Source: Eledone cirrhosa
Lineage: Eukaryota
DNA: 64,000 nt
Reading direction: 5' to 3'
Assembly (NCBI GenBank): GCA_964016885.1
Contig: OZ024740.1
Coordinates: 112,344,001 to 112,408,000, forward strand
Position numbers and translations under genes: made by a program. Of this stretch, positions 25,169 through 38,490 are shown piece by piece (positions within the stretch are counted from its first letter, which is position 1; every line of letters begins with the position of its first letter). Below the pieces are notes generated by a model, which ran no database searches, had not been told where the DNA came from, and was given only the letters and a program-made list of their open reading frames with translations.

Positions 25169-25324
25169 CATACAGGTACACATATATATATGCACGTATC
25201 AGTTTAGCGGACGCTTATTATAACGCCGCTTTGTTCGTTTGTAAACAAACTGAACAGCCTGAATTTTTATGCCGTACGGTGTTAAGGCAACCACGTTACC
25301 TTTTTGTTCAACACTGACACAGGA

Positions 25325-25367
25325 ACGATGTACTAGTTTCAAGCTTGTTAGCTATCATCAGCACCGT
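25325..25367 (-). ncRNA. Type I hammerhead ribozyme
   Basis: Identical to 24816-24858, 509 bp away. Confidence 0.8.
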
Positions 25368-25683
25368 ATACCCTTCTGCCAGATAGTTGAACGTTCGAAA
25401 GTATATACTTTCCTTATGAAAATTAACGGCTGAGCAGCCTAATTTGCATATCGAGTGAGTCAAGTCGGTCAGGCATACCGAAAACGATAAGTTGAAATAA
25501 AATGAAAACGAAATTTCATTTCTCACTCTTAGAACGGCACTTACTTAAATGTAAGTATGTGTGTATACGTACATACATATATGTATGCAAAATTCAGGCT
25601 GTTCAGTTTGTTTACAAACGAACAAAGCGGCGTTATAATAAGCGTCCGCTAAACTGATACGTGCATATATGTATGTGTACCTG

Positions 25684-25759
<76 letters not shown>

Positions 25760-25864
25760 TGCTACTGTACGTCTGTATACATATATGTATGTACGTATAC
25801 ACACATACTTACATTTATATATATATATCGATAGATAGATATAGATATACATATATATATATAA

Positions 25865-26220
25865 ATTAATAAAAATAATGAATAAAAACAAAGAAACAGT
25901 TCCTTATATTAAAAAATTCATCATTTTACGATCGTTTCTAGGATATATATGTTTGTGTTGGTATGTATATCATATAGATCTATGTAAAATTTTTACAAAC
26001 TATCAGAGGGAATATACATACCTACACGCAAATATGCTGTCTTCAGAAATAATCTTCAGAAATAATTTTCTTTGTTTTTATTCATTATTTTTATTAATTT
26101 ATCTTGACTCTGTTTTCGTGTATTTTTCATCGGAAAGAAAATGTTTGAATACATCTTGTCTTTTCGGATTACATTGAGTTCTTCATACGGATTGGACACT
26201 ACCGTACATTTTGGTAGATT
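25865..26220 (-). mobile_element. Pseudo-LTR fragment with long-stem-II hammerhead (25920-26053)
   Basis: 25865-26053 is a reverse-complement homologue of 16656-16846. Confidence 0.7.
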
Positions 26221-26242
26221 TATCTATATATATATATATATA

Positions 26243-26980
<738 letters not shown>

Positions 26981-27012
26981 CGATAGATAGATAGATATAT
27001 ACATATATATAT

Positions 27013-27140
27013 ATTATTCAAAATATTAATAAATGAAAAATATTCTCATAACCAAAATATATATTTTATTATACATATTTCAAAGGTACAATGGTGTTTA
27101 AGTATGTTTTCATCAGATTATTTAATTCCAATAGTGGCAG
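27013..27140 (-). mobile_element. PLE terminus with degenerate hammerhead, related to 9618-9730
   Basis: CTGATGA...GTACCTTT-GAAA-TATGTA-TA-ATAAAATA and the same terminal ATTCAAAATATTAA next to (TA)n. Confidence 0.55.
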
Positions 27141-27172
27141 TATATATATATGTTTATATATATATATGTATA

Positions 27173-27214
<42 letters not shown>

Positions 27215-27217
<3 letters not shown>

Positions 27218-27549
27218 TTATCACCAACATATGGGGTATTTTCCTTAGAACCTAACTAATAATTGTTCGTGGAATCGACCGCATATTGGCGGAATCGTAA
27301 ATATCTTCCATGATTATTTTTATGGGTTTTTTTGTGGCAATATATATATTTTTTAACACTAAATTATTAATAACAATATATTGCATTTGCTGGCTTATTG
27401 GATGCCCCTTCGCATAAGACGCTCCCTCTTTTTTAACTATATTTTACGTTATATTGGGACGTTTATAGGCATTTTCCCAATGTTCGCGGTTTTTCATTCT
27501 TCGCGGGTGCCCTAGAAATGTTACCCCTGCAAATGCCAGGGCACCACTG
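27215..27549. mobile_element. pogo/Tigger-like MITE
   Basis: TA|CAGT...ACTG|TA ends with degenerate TIRs (CAGTGGTGCCCTGGCATTTGCAGGGG). Confidence 0.5.
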
Positions 27550-27699
27550 TATATATATACATGTAGTATATAGCCTGTGTATGCACATGAAGACAAAATA
27601 TATATATATAAATACATGATAGTAGTATACAGTCTGCATGTGTGTTGGTGTTGGTGTCAGAGTTGGTGTTAGGGGTGGTGGTATTGTTGGTGTTATTGG

Positions 27700-28161
27700 T
27701 GGTGATGATGGACATGCTTGAAAGGGTTGAAGACAGCCACTTTCCTCTTCTGTGACACCCTGATTAACTTTTTCAGGTTTCCCTTAAAGAGGAAAATCAG
27801 GGTGGAGAGAGATGTGCTGCCTGCCAATCGTTGAAAGGTGGGTGAGAGTGGCGAGCATGGTCTAGGATGGGCCTGCCTTGAGCATACATCTATAGATTGG
27901 AGAACAACTGGGAGAGGGAACTTTACCGTAGCAGACAGGGTGACCATAACTTTTTGTGGGTTTTCTCCATAAGTGACCCTTGGAGTTTCCTTACCTTTGG
28001 AGAATTTGCTATGTTTGTTTGTTTTTTAATGTTTATTTTTCTTAGTCTCTGTTATAAATGTTATTTACACAAGAAACCCCACTCTGTATCGTCCTGTACT
28101 GTATTTGTTTCCTTAATATTAGCGCTGTGTAGCTAATAAAGAAATTATTATTATTATTATT
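27700..28161 (+). mobile_element. Tx1/L1-like LINE 3' end
   Basis: LINFFRFPLKRKIRVER C-terminus, U-rich UTR, AATAAAGAA(ATT)n; paralog of 28395-28985. Confidence 0.55.
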
Positions 28162-28388
28162 ACAGTTTACTCAGCTGTAGAAATGAGATGATAGGGACTG
28201 GTGTCCCTATCATTCCACTGTAAAGTGGTCGTGGAGGTGCCACGGCAAAAAAGCACCCAGCACTCATTGTAAATGAGGTTGGTGTTAGGAAGGGCATCCA
28301 GCTGTAGAAATCAAGCTAGAATCAGCTCCCGTCCCACCCTTGCAAGCAGGGAGAAGCGGACGTAAAATGAAATGATGAAATGATGATT
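28162..28388 (+). mobile_element. CORE-type SINE, 5'-truncated
   Basis: Reverse complement of the 3' part of 5489-5715. Confidence 0.8.
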
Positions 28389-28394
28389 ACATAT

Positions 28395-28985
28395 AGGATG
28401 GATTCGGTTCTCGACTAAGTCCATTGTGCAGATAGCTTCGCCATCCTCCTTTAAGGAGGAGGAAGGTCAGGAGTTTTCATCTGCCTGGTGGCCATGGTGA
28501 AAGAGATTGTATGGTGGACATGGTTGAAAGGATTGAAGATGGACACTTTCCTCTTCGGCGAATCCCTGATTAACTTTTTTAAGTTTCACTTGAAGAGGAA
28601 AATCAGGGTGGAGAGGCAAGTGCTGTCTTCTAGTAAGTTTGTTGAGCGGTGGGTGAAAGTGGCGAGTCTGGTCTGAGTAAACATGCCCGTCCTGAGTATG
28701 CACTTGTAGAATGAGGAGTGGGAGAACTGAGAGAGGGCGCTTGCCCTGGTGGTTAGGGTGGCTGTGGTTCTTTGTGTGGTTTTCACCACGACTGACCCTT
28801 GGAGGTTTCCCCTCTTTTGGCGAATTTTTGCTGTTTGAATTTTTTTTATTTGTTTTTACACATTTCTATCTTCTTATAACCTTTTTACAAGGCTAAAATC
28901 CACTTTATACCGTTCTGTGCCATCTGTAATGTTTTTCTTCATGTTAGCCCTTGTGTCCAATAAAGAAACCATTATTATTATTATT
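28395..28985 (+). mobile_element. Tx1/L1-like LINE 3' end
   Basis: ORF 28488-28676 (KEIVWWT...FKFHLKRKIRVER...FVERW); (ATT)n tail. Confidence 0.55.
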
Positions 28986-29384
28986 AAAGAAATAATAATA
29001 TTTATTATTATTATTATTATTATTAGTAGTAGTATTATTATAAAGAAAGTAATATTATTAATAAAATTATTATTATTACAACTATTATAACATTTTCTTC
29101 TTCACTATTGTCTGCTTGTAGGTAAGTGTCAAGAACAGTTTTCTCTTTGGTAAGTTAAACTTTACAAAGAACTACCATTTCCAGAATGTATTTTTATTAA
29201 TGAAAACTTACAATTGTTTCAAATATTTCTCCATTGTCTTCAGACTATTTTTCACAACTTTCATTATATATTTATTGATTTTATTGACTAAAAAAACAAC
29301 ATATTACCATTCTTTCTACCTTCGCGTCTTCATATATTTGTTCATTTTTTTCTTTTTATATGTGTCTCTGTACATATATGTGTG

Positions 29385-29600
29385 TGTGCATCTGTATATG
29401 TGTTGATCTGTATGTGTGTGTGTGTGCATCTGTATGTGTGTGTGCATCTGTATGTGTGTGCGCATCTGTGTGTGTACATCTGTATGTATGTGTCCATCTT
29501 TGTGTATGTGCACCTGTATGTGTGTGTGTGTACCTGTATGTGTTTGTGTGTGCATCTGTTTGTGTGTGTGCACCCGTATGTGTTTGTGTGTGTATGTGTA
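29385..29600. repeat. ~18-bp minisatellite CATCTGTATGTGTGTGTG
   Basis: Direct tandem units. Confidence 0.75.
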
Positions 29601-29669
29601 TGTGTGTGTATATGTAACCCAATGTGCCTATTTTTTCCAGTAAATTTTTCATATACATAGATAGATACT

Positions 29670-29870
29670 GTTTTGCAAAACCAACCGACAGGAGACCCAG
29701 GGGTAAACCCCGAGCAAGTTAACTAATATCCATGAGCTTGGCTTGTCTCACTTGGGGATCCAGCAGGATCAATTGGATACAGTTGCTTCTGACAGGACCC
29801 ACAGGAAGGTGTGGTTGAGGACTCTGCTCCCATGACCTTCACAGAAATTAGTGGGTGAAGATGATAGATA
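29670..29870 (+). mobile_element. RTE family B 3' end
   Basis: Homologous to 6660-6870 on the minus strand. Confidence 0.65.
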
Positions 29871-30309
29871 GATAGTGTAGTATACTAATATAAAAACATC
29901 ACAACGTTAAGAAGATATATGGATATTATTTTTAAAAAATCTATAATTTATTACCTGTTTGTACATTTAATTAAATTTTAATGAGGTTAAAATGTCATTT
30001 CTCAATTTCCACATTACATGTATATATATAAACATATACATACACCACAAACAAGTAATTTATCACACACACACACACACATACACATACACACAGACAT
30101 AATTGCACTAACACTCACAAACATAAATACCATAACCACAAAGACACACACATATGCACACACACACAGAGAAATAGGCTCACATACACATATATATTCA
30201 TATTTGTATACATACATTTATATCTCTGTTTATTTACATGTGCATATATACACACCTAGACATCTATTGTTTTTTAAACATTGATTTTACAGCAATACAT
30301 ACATATGTA

Positions 30310-30722
30310 TTACTGCATAACACCAAAGATCTCGATCTTGTATCATTGTCTTTGAGAGGTACAATTGTGCAAGGTCAGCTTTTATGACCTCATCCCAGGT
30401 CTTCCTGGGTCTTCCTACTCCATTGGTTCCATCAACTTTGATTGCCCTGTACCTTTTTATAAAGCTGTCAGCCATCATACACATCACATGACCATACCAA
30501 TGCAATCTCCTCTCTAGTATACTGCATCTGATCCCTCTTATGCCTAATTTCTCCCTTAGTTCATTTACGCTTTGTCGTTTGTGTATATAATTCTTACACA
30601 TCCATGCATGCTTCATTTCTTTCCAATTTCCGCAGGTCCTCTGAGTACAATGCCCAGATCTCACTACCATGTAACATTACTGTTTGTATACATGCATCAT
30701 ACAATCTGCCCTTCATTTTAAG
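30310..30722 (-). mobile_element. Older RTE family A fragment
   Basis: RLHWYGHVM...GRPRKTWDEVI in ORF 30287-30670. Confidence 0.85.
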
Positions 30723-30779
30723 GTGTTTATATATATATATATATATATATGTCTATATATGTCGATGGGTATAATAAGG

Positions 30780-30966
30780 ATTTCTAATTTGTGGGGAGGG
30801 AAAAATCAATTATATTAACCCCAGTTCTTCATAGGTATTTATTTTATTGACCCGGAAGAATGAAAGGCAAAGTTGACCTCTGCGGGATTTGAACTCAGAA
30901 TGTAAAGAGATGGAACAAATACTGTTAAGCATGTGCCCAACACTCTAATGACTCTGCCAATCCACC
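30780..30966 (-). mobile_element. Diverged Nin-type SINE
   Basis: A and B boxes plus core GCCTTTCATTC. Confidence 0.65.
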
Positions 30967-31814
30967 ACTCTCCGTTGGTGTATATAATATTTACAATTAC
31001 CATAAGAATATCTATCCATCTCATGTCTTTCAATATTTCAATCTACATACAATGAATACATATGATATATCTATGTATCTATAAACAAATATACAATTGA
31101 CTGTTCTTTTTTTTCCATTTATTTGGATATTTGGAGGAGTTTCTAAAATAATATTTCTTTGAATTCTTCCCTTCTTCTTTCTCTCTTTCATTTCATTTTT
31201 TTTTTTTTTTTTTTCAAATCTCAATACCCTAACAACAAAACAGAAAAAAAAGCTATTTCATACAAACTCCCCTGAAGAAACTATTACTTAAATATTCTAT
31301 TCTCTGCCATTTTACTCAGTGCAAACCTATTCCTTGGTAGACATATTTATTTATTTAATATTCATTTCAAATTATTTCCTGTCAGTTCTTAGTACTTTGG
31401 CTTTTCAAAATTCATTGGTTTTAGAGAAATTCTTGCAAAGAAAATTGTAATTTTGTTTTCTCCTTCTCAACTTATTTTATTTATTCTTCCTAGACCTACT
31501 GGTTTATCTTTTTCTTTTTATTCACTCATTTTTATTTTTATTTCCTGCTTCTCAATATATATATAAGTAAGTTTGTTTTGAAACAGCCAGCAAAATTTGA
31601 AATTTAGTAGAAATAGAAGCTTTCACTGTATTTTTGACTAAAGAAATTTTAGCCTGATAGTGGGGTTTAAAACCCTTTAAAAGATGGAAAAGGATGAGTA
31701 ATAGCATATCAATACTCATCCTTTTAATAGCAAGCCCTATTACTCTGGAGTTTCACCTGCACTCTCTTTCTCTCTCTCTCTGTTTGTCTGTATGTGTATA
31801 TATATATATATATA

Positions 31815-32922
31815 TATAAAAGATGTAGTGGGATCACAGGTAAGCTAACTAAGAACATAGATTTTACATGTGGCCGGTGCTCTGGTCCAATAAGTAGCAG
31901 CAAGTGCCCACAAAATACTAGCTCTTTCAATTGCACAGAGGGTTCTATAGAAATAGTGGACAGCTTCAGTTACCTGGGTGACAAAATCAGCAGTGGGGGA
32001 GGGTGCTCTGAAAGTACAGTAGCTAGAGTCAGAACTGGATGGAAAAAGTTCAGAGAGCTTATACCACTATTAGCCGCTAAAGGGTTCTCCCTAAAAATGA
32101 AAGGCAGGCTGTATGATGCCTGCATACGAACAGCAATGTTGCATGGCAGTGAGACCTGGGCATTGTGTGCAGAGGATATACGCAAACTAAAGAGGAACGA
32201 AGCTTGCATGCTCCACTGGATGTGTAATAGTAATATACGTGAACAGCAAAGCATTAACGAACTAAGGGAAAAATTAGAAATAAGAGGGATCAGATGTTGT
32301 TTACTCGAGAGAAGGCTACGTTGGTATGGTCACGTGATGCGTATGAAAGACGACAGCTGTATAAAAAAGTGCAGGGCAATAAAAATAGACGGTAGCCACG
32401 GAGTAGGCAGACCCAGAAAAACCTGGGACGACTTGATAAATTCCGACCTCACACACTTACACCTCTCCAAGACAATGGACCGAGATCTTTGGCGGTACTC
32501 AGTAATAGAGAAGACCCGCCTTACCTAAATACAAAGTAAAACCTACTACAGTCAGTAGGCACCTCTAACAAAATACACCCCCGTCCCACTACCCCCACCC
32601 CATCCACACCGCCCCTTTCAATGTAAAGTTATGTTGGTACCACAACATCCAGGCCGAAACAAATGAGGTCATGTAGGTGTCACGACAAAAAAACACACAG
32701 TCCATGCTGTAATGTGGCCGTGTAGGTAACACGGTAAAAACCTCCCAGTTCCACACTGTAAATGTGGTTGGTGTTAGGAAGGGCATCCAACTGTAGAAAA
32801 CCTGCCAGACAGTCCTATGCGAGCAAGACAACCACTCTTGCCTCAAGTGGGAAAACTCCCGTCCAAACCCATGCAAGCGTGGAATATGGACGTTAAATGA
32901 TGATGATGATGATGATGATGAT
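31815..32922 (+). mobile_element. RTE family A, 5'-truncated
   Basis: ORF to 32528, 3'UTR, (GAT)n tail. Confidence 0.95.
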
Positions 32923-33874
32923 ATATATAGCCAGATCAGGTGACCATGTCTTGCTCATATAGATCTATTTTAGGCTTGGTTTTCTATAGCCAGTTGCCCT
33001 TCGAAACACCAACTACATTACAGCATGTACTGAAAGCTTTTTTGTGGCACTGCCACTACCACTATATAGGGTGGACTGGGTGCTTTTGGTTTCTGAAATT
33101 CAGCATTACCACTCTATAGGGCCGATTGGGTGCTTTTTGTTGTGGCATCAGCACTGTGGGAGAACAGGTGTGGAGCGTGTCCAGCTCTCCATGCATGCAT
33201 TCATGGATTGGACAGGAAAGGTGTATCAAGGGTGTGAAAGGGAGGGGTGTACATCATCATCTTATTTAAACATCTATTTCCCATGCCCACCTGGGCTAGA
33301 CAGGCTGTCACACTCTGACAGCTAATTCATACATTCCAATTTTGTTTGTAATGTAAATAAATGGTTATGATTTCTTAAAGCATATAAATTATTCATATAA
33401 CATTTAACAAGGGAAGCTTAAGAAAAAGATTGCTACTAAGGGAGTTAAAACATGCAAATATGTATTTTCAGAAAATCCTTCTCTCCATTGCACCAAGTGG
33501 ATTCTGAAAAACTCACCAATTTAAATGACAATAATAAAACATATTTTTACAGTTTGTGTTTATGTTCTATAACTTAGCTATTCAGCAAAAAGAAGTCAAT
33601 AAAATAAGTACTGAGGTCAACATAACTGTCTAAATCAAGTTGATGCTCCACGTACTTGAGTTTCACCAAAACTAGGCTCAACAATACTCTAAGTGGTAGT
33701 GAACCAAGATACATATAACATATAATAAACACATGCATGAAGTCACATCATCAGTAAATGTTTATTGTTATTTTTATATCTATAAATTTACATCCCAACA
33801 TAATGTGTCTCTGTTCACTTTATTTATTTTGTCTTCAGTGGTACTTTACCTAATTTATTCTACTATTATTTATA

Positions 33875-34060
33875 GCGATGGATTGGCAGTATCGGTAGAG
33901 GGTCGGACGCCATGCTTTAGCAGCATAGTTACGTCCCTTTACGATCTGAGTTCAAATCCCGCCGAGGTTGACTTTGCCTTTCATCCTTACGGGGTCGATA
34001 AAATAAAGTACCAGTAATGCACTGAATAATTGCTGGCCTTGTGCCTAAAGTAGAAACAAT
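33875..34060 (+). mobile_element. Nin-type SINE with TSD ATTATTTATAG
   Basis: Near full-length copy with the TSD on both sides. Confidence 0.85.
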
Positions 34061-34119
34061 TATTTATAGTTATTGACTATATTATAGTTATCTGCATTGG
34101 CATGACTACATTGTTCAAT

Positions 34120-34151
<32 letters not shown>

Positions 34152-34607
34152 GGTTCTGTAGCTCAATTAGAATCTTTAATGGAACCTTATGTGATGAGAG
34201 CCTACTACAAAAGCTATAGCTCTGTCATAACAGGTGGATACAAGTATCTGTATATATAACAATTATAAATGTGAAGAGAAAATATACCTAATTTTTTTTC
34301 AAAGTCCTGACTGTACAGTTTCACCGAGTAGTATGCAGCCAGAGTACAACTATAGTGCACCAGGGTCCTGAGCTAGCGGCTTTTCAAGAGATCCCTCAAT
34401 GAAAGGAGGAATTATTGAACTGACCGCTACAAGACAAACATTCTCGGGAGGGAGAATTATCACGTGGTATAACGATCAGGAAAGGGAGGTAATGGCTGAA
34501 TGTTTGGAAAGTAATATATTTGCTAGAAGCAGCCTGTAGCTGCCTATTTCACTCAACCGTAAGTGAGCTGGGACAAAATTATAATAAGATTCACATACAC
34601 ATAGATA

Positions 34608-35494
34608 CATCATCATCATCATCATCATTGTTTAATGTCCATCTTCCACGCTTGCATGGGTTTGGACGGGAGTTTTCCCACTTGAGGCAAGATTGGTTGT
34701 CCTGCTCATATAGGACTGTCTGGCGGGTTTTCTACGGCTGGATGCCCTTCCTAGAACCAACCACGTTTACAGTGTGGACTGGGAGGTTTTTACCGTGTTA
34801 CCTACATGGCCACATTACAGCGTGAACTGTGTGTTTTTTTTTTCGTGACACCTACACGACCTCATTTGTTTCGGCCTGGATGTTGTGGTAACATAACTTT
34901 ACATTGAAAGGGGTAGTGGGGGTAGTGGGACGGGGGTGTATTTTTGTTAGAGGTGCCTACTGACTGTAGGTTTCGCTTTGTACTCAGGCAAGGCGGGTCT
35001 TCTCTATTACTGTGTAGCGCCAAAGATCTCGGTCTAGTGACATTGTCTTGGAGAGGTGTAAGTGTGTGAGGTCAGAATTTATGAAGTCGTCCCAGGTTTT
35101 TCTGGGTCTGCCTACTCCGTGGCTACCGTCTATTTTTATTGCCCTGCACTTTTTTATACAGCTGTCGTCTTTCATGCGCATCACATGACCATACCAACGT
35201 AGTCTTCTCTCGAGTAAACAACATCTGATCCCTCTTATTTCTAATTTTTCCCTTAGTTCGTTTATGTTTTGCCGTTCACGTATATTACTATTACACATCC
35301 AGCGGAGCATGCAAGCTTCGTTCCTCTCCAGTCTGCGTATATCCTCTGCACACAATGCCCAGGTCTCACTGCCATGCAACATTGCTGTTCATATGCAGGC
35401 ATCATACAACCTGCCTTTCATTTTTAGAGAGAAATCTTTAGTGGCCAATAGTGGTATAAGCTCTCTGAACTTTTTCCATCTCGTTCTGACTCTA
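34608..35494 (-). mobile_element. RTE family A, 5'-truncated
   Basis: ORF 34984-35382 plus 3'UTR. Confidence 0.95.
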
Positions 35495-35544
35495 CATAAG
35501 TGTACATATATATATATACATACATGATTCTGTTATTACTATCA

Positions 35545-35632
35545 CAGATATCTGATGAGCTTTTGATTCCAGAGTCGGTCTAGATTGATACAGATTGAAC
35601 CCTGAGCTGATCAGTAGCGAAATAATGTGCAA
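35545..35632 (+). ncRNA. Hammerhead-like motif with ~60-nt stem II (relative at 7755-7842 minus)
   Basis: CTGATGA-GCTTTTGAT...ATCAGTAGC-GAAA; stems I and III are degenerate. Confidence 0.45.
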
Positions 35633-35730
35633 CACCAACCAATAAAAGTAATGAAGGAGTAATTATTCGTCCTTGTATTATTATTATTATTAGCAGCAAT
35701 TCTTTGCTTAAACTTTAATCTGTTATTTTA

Positions 35731-35855
<125 letters not shown>

Positions 35856-36909
35856 CGTGTGTGTGTGTGCCTTGATGTCGGAAAATAAGACATTAGGTGA
35901 GGATGTTAATATTTGTCTATTGCATTTCTTAAACATATAATAGGTTTATGGATATTTTTTTCACCTGATTCTACTCGTTTCACAAAGAAAAAAACCTACT
36001 TGTATTAGGTTTTCCTGAATCTTGTTAGCTATTGAAAGGAATATGCATTGCTAAGGTGGTCCAATAGGGAAGAAAGGTGTCCTGAGCTATCTCTATAACT
36101 GCAAAAAGTCAAATTCCTTTTCCTCTTTATCACCCTTATCACCCTACACATTTCCATTTTATTTATGGCTGATTGGAATTTCAGATATTCTCTCTCTCTC
36201 TCTCTCTTTTGAGAAAAAAATTTCATTGACACCAATCACTTTTTTCTCATTAGATTTGTAATTACAATTAATTAAAAGACTCACTACCTTAACTATAGTA
36301 GCCTGTACATATCCCACTCTCTCCTTCATCTACACACACACACACACACACACACCATGTTTGTGTGTGTGTGTACATAACACACACACACATGCACACA
36401 TATATATATAATTCTTTCTGAAGAAAGAATTATATATTTTATCTTATATTCTATCTTATTGATGTATAATTTGATTCTCCACCCCTTATATACACACACA
36501 CATGTGGGGGTAATTATTGAGTGAGAATCACTCTCTCTCTCCCTCTCACCTCCCTCCCTCCCTTCCTTTCACACTTTTTATTTCACGCTCTCTCTCTCCA
36601 GTTTAGACCTCTCTCTCTCTCTCTCTCTCCCTCTCTCGCTCCCCCCTCTCTCGACCCCCCCTCCCTCTCTTCATCATTAAACTTCTTTTGTGTTCTTGCA
36701 GTTTTAGTTGTTGCCCAGTATCATTATTATAGCTGTTGTTGTTGAACATTACTCAACTAATTTCAATAATATTAAAAGCCATTCATTGCTATATTGGTTT
36801 ATTAGTTGGCACCTTTAAACACATTTAAACACTGCCAGCAGGGTGGGAGACAGGAGCTACATCTCATGACTTATAATAGCAATTTGTTGTTGTTGTTGTT
36901 ATTGTTATT

Positions 36910-37810
36910 AGATTGACAGAATCGGTAAAGCATCAGGCAAAATGCTTAGTGGCATATAGTTAAAGCCCTTTATGTTTTGAGTTCAAATCCTATCATGGTC
37001 AACTTTGCTTTTCATTCTTTTTCCAGGGGCGGTGGATTGGCAGTATCGGTAGAGGGTCGGTGGCCCTTTATGTTCTGAGTTCAAATCCCACCGAGGTTAA
37101 CTTTGCTTTTTATCCTTACGTGGTCGATAAAGTAAAGTACCAGTCACTTGCTGGGGTCAATTTAATCGACTTTCCCTTTCCCCCAAATTGCTGGCCTTGT
37201 GCCAAGAAACCATTCCTCTTCCAGGGGTCACCTCGTTTAAAACCAGCACCTGGCCCTTGAGTTACTGTAGCAGCATCCACTCAGTTGTGTGTATTTAAGT
37301 CAGGTGTCTGATTTAAGGGTACTTTGCTCCACTACACTTTTCCTACAACCACATGACTCTCACTGCCACCTGGCTCTCACCACCACCTGACACTTGGGTA
37401 CTTTTAGCAAGACCCACTCTGTTACAAATATTCTGGCCAGGTGTCTATTATAAGGACACCTTGTTCTATTGTCCTTTTCACACCACCACTTGATCCTTGG
37501 GTACTTTTAGCAGAGTCCACTCTGCTGCAAGTACTCTGTGTCATACTTTGCAGCATAGAGTTACGGCCCTTTATGTTCTGAGTTCATATCCCGCCGAGGT
37601 TAACTTTACTTTATCGACCACGTAAGAATAAAAAGCAAAGTACCAGTCACGTGCTGGGGTCCTTCCTTCCTTCTAGCAGCCATAAAGGCTCTGGAAAACA
37701 AAACGTGATGGGCAACAGCCTCTCCCTCTCTGACAAAACAGCAAAAAAAAAAAAATACCTTACTACTTTTCATCATTCTGGGGTCAATAAAATGAGTACC
37801 AGTCATGTAC
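36910..37810. mobile_element. Cluster of Nin-type SINE copies and fragments
   Basis: SINE heads or cores at about 36910, 37026, 37547 and 37765; a small internal inversion near 37605-37660. Confidence 0.65.
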
Positions 37811-37920
37811 TGGGTCACGTTAATAGATTCTACACTTCCCTAAATATTCTGCTTCTGTGAAAACTGAGAGAAATCAGCTTCAGAAATATTTTATGAAACA
37901 TTGTTGGATGGTATAGAAAT

Positions 37921-37996
<76 letters not shown>

Positions 37997-38490
37997 GTGC
38001 GTGGCTGAGTGGTTAGAGAATTAGATTTACAATTGTGAGGTTGTGAGTTCGATTCCAGAATCGGGTCATGCATTATATCCTTGAGCAAGACACTTTATTT
38101 CACATTGCTCCTTCTACCTGGAGTTGCAACCGATAGATATAGTATTAGCAATTGGTCTGATTTGACGATCGACTGTCAATATATATATATCATCATCATC
38201 ATTTTACGTCCGCTTTTCCCTGCTTGCAACGGTGGGACGGGAATTGATTCTGGCTTGATTTCTACAGCTGGATGCCCTTCCTAACACCAACCTCATTTAC
38301 AGTGAGTGCTGAGTGCTTTTTTGCCGTGGCACCTCCACGACCACTTTGCAGTGGAATGATATGGACCCCAGTCCCTATCATCTCATTTCTACAGCTGAGT
38401 AAACTGGAGCAATGTGAAATAAAGTGTCTTGTTCAAGGAAACAACACATCACCCGGACTCAGAATTGAACTCACAACCTATCGATTGCAA
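37997..38490. mobile_element. CORE-type SINEs: head plus core 37997-38125 (plus) and 38189-38490 (minus)
   Basis: A box TGGCTGAGTGG, B box GAGTTCGATTCC, core TCCTTGAGCAAGACACTT. Confidence 0.75.

Larger units (their letters stand above)
24511..25816 (-). mobile_element. Tandem dimer-plus of the hammerhead-bearing ~470-510 bp unit with 5' inversion (candidate retrozyme)
   Basis: Unit boundaries at 24511, 24980 and 25489; 25588-25816 is inverted; no credible ORF. Confidence 0.8.

Noticed and set aside
37997-38062. tRNA gene
   Set aside because: A and B boxes are followed directly by the SINE core, and no convincing acceptor stem is present; it is a SINE head.
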